The notes beneath the pieces were generated by a model that saw nothing but the letters and a program-made list of their open reading frames with translations, was not told where the DNA came from and did not search any database. Position numbers and translations under genes: made by a program. A stretch of DNA of 64,000 bases from the NCBI GenBank assembly GCA_951804945.1, contig OX638156.1, forward strand, positions 43,896,001 through 43,960,000. Direction: 5' to 3'. Of this stretch, positions 63,936-64,000 are shown one piece after another; the stretch's first letter is position 1; each line of letters starts with the position of its first letter. This stretch comes from Podarcis cretensis. Lineage: Eukaryota.

Positions 63936-64000
63936 AGATAGTGTGAATGTAATTCCACACACACTATGCTGAAGTAGGACTGGCCCTAGCGTCAGGCAGA

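Overview
Vertebrate non-coding DNA, almost certainly from a squamate and probably a lacertid lizard: it carries Sauria-type SINEs with (ACCTTT)n tails, BovB, CR1, L2, L1 and many hAT and Tc1/mariner MITEs. I can support no host protein-coding exon, so the window looks intronic or intergenic, with several TE-free blocks that may be conserved enhancers. The main story is an L1 family with three members. (i) An apparently intact L1 on the minus strand (5'UTR, 330-aa ORF1, and an ORF2 with endonuclease and start of RT running off the window). (ii) A complete 1.85-kb poly(A)-tailed element with an 18-bp TSD that keeps the L1 5'UTR but encodes only an intact 196-aa protein, apparently a remodelled ORF1 retaining mainly the coiled coil. 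(iii) A 2.0-kb 'half-L1' with a 19-bp TSD, a decayed ORF1 and ORF2 almost entirely deleted. The three 5'UTRs share a series of hairpins with compensatory base changes, followed by a conserved GTGAGT splice-donor motif. Also notable are a 787-bp LTR-like element that appears to have inserted with no target-site duplication (plus an older relative), a 184-nt GC-rich hairpin inside a mariner-type MITE, and several nested insertions.
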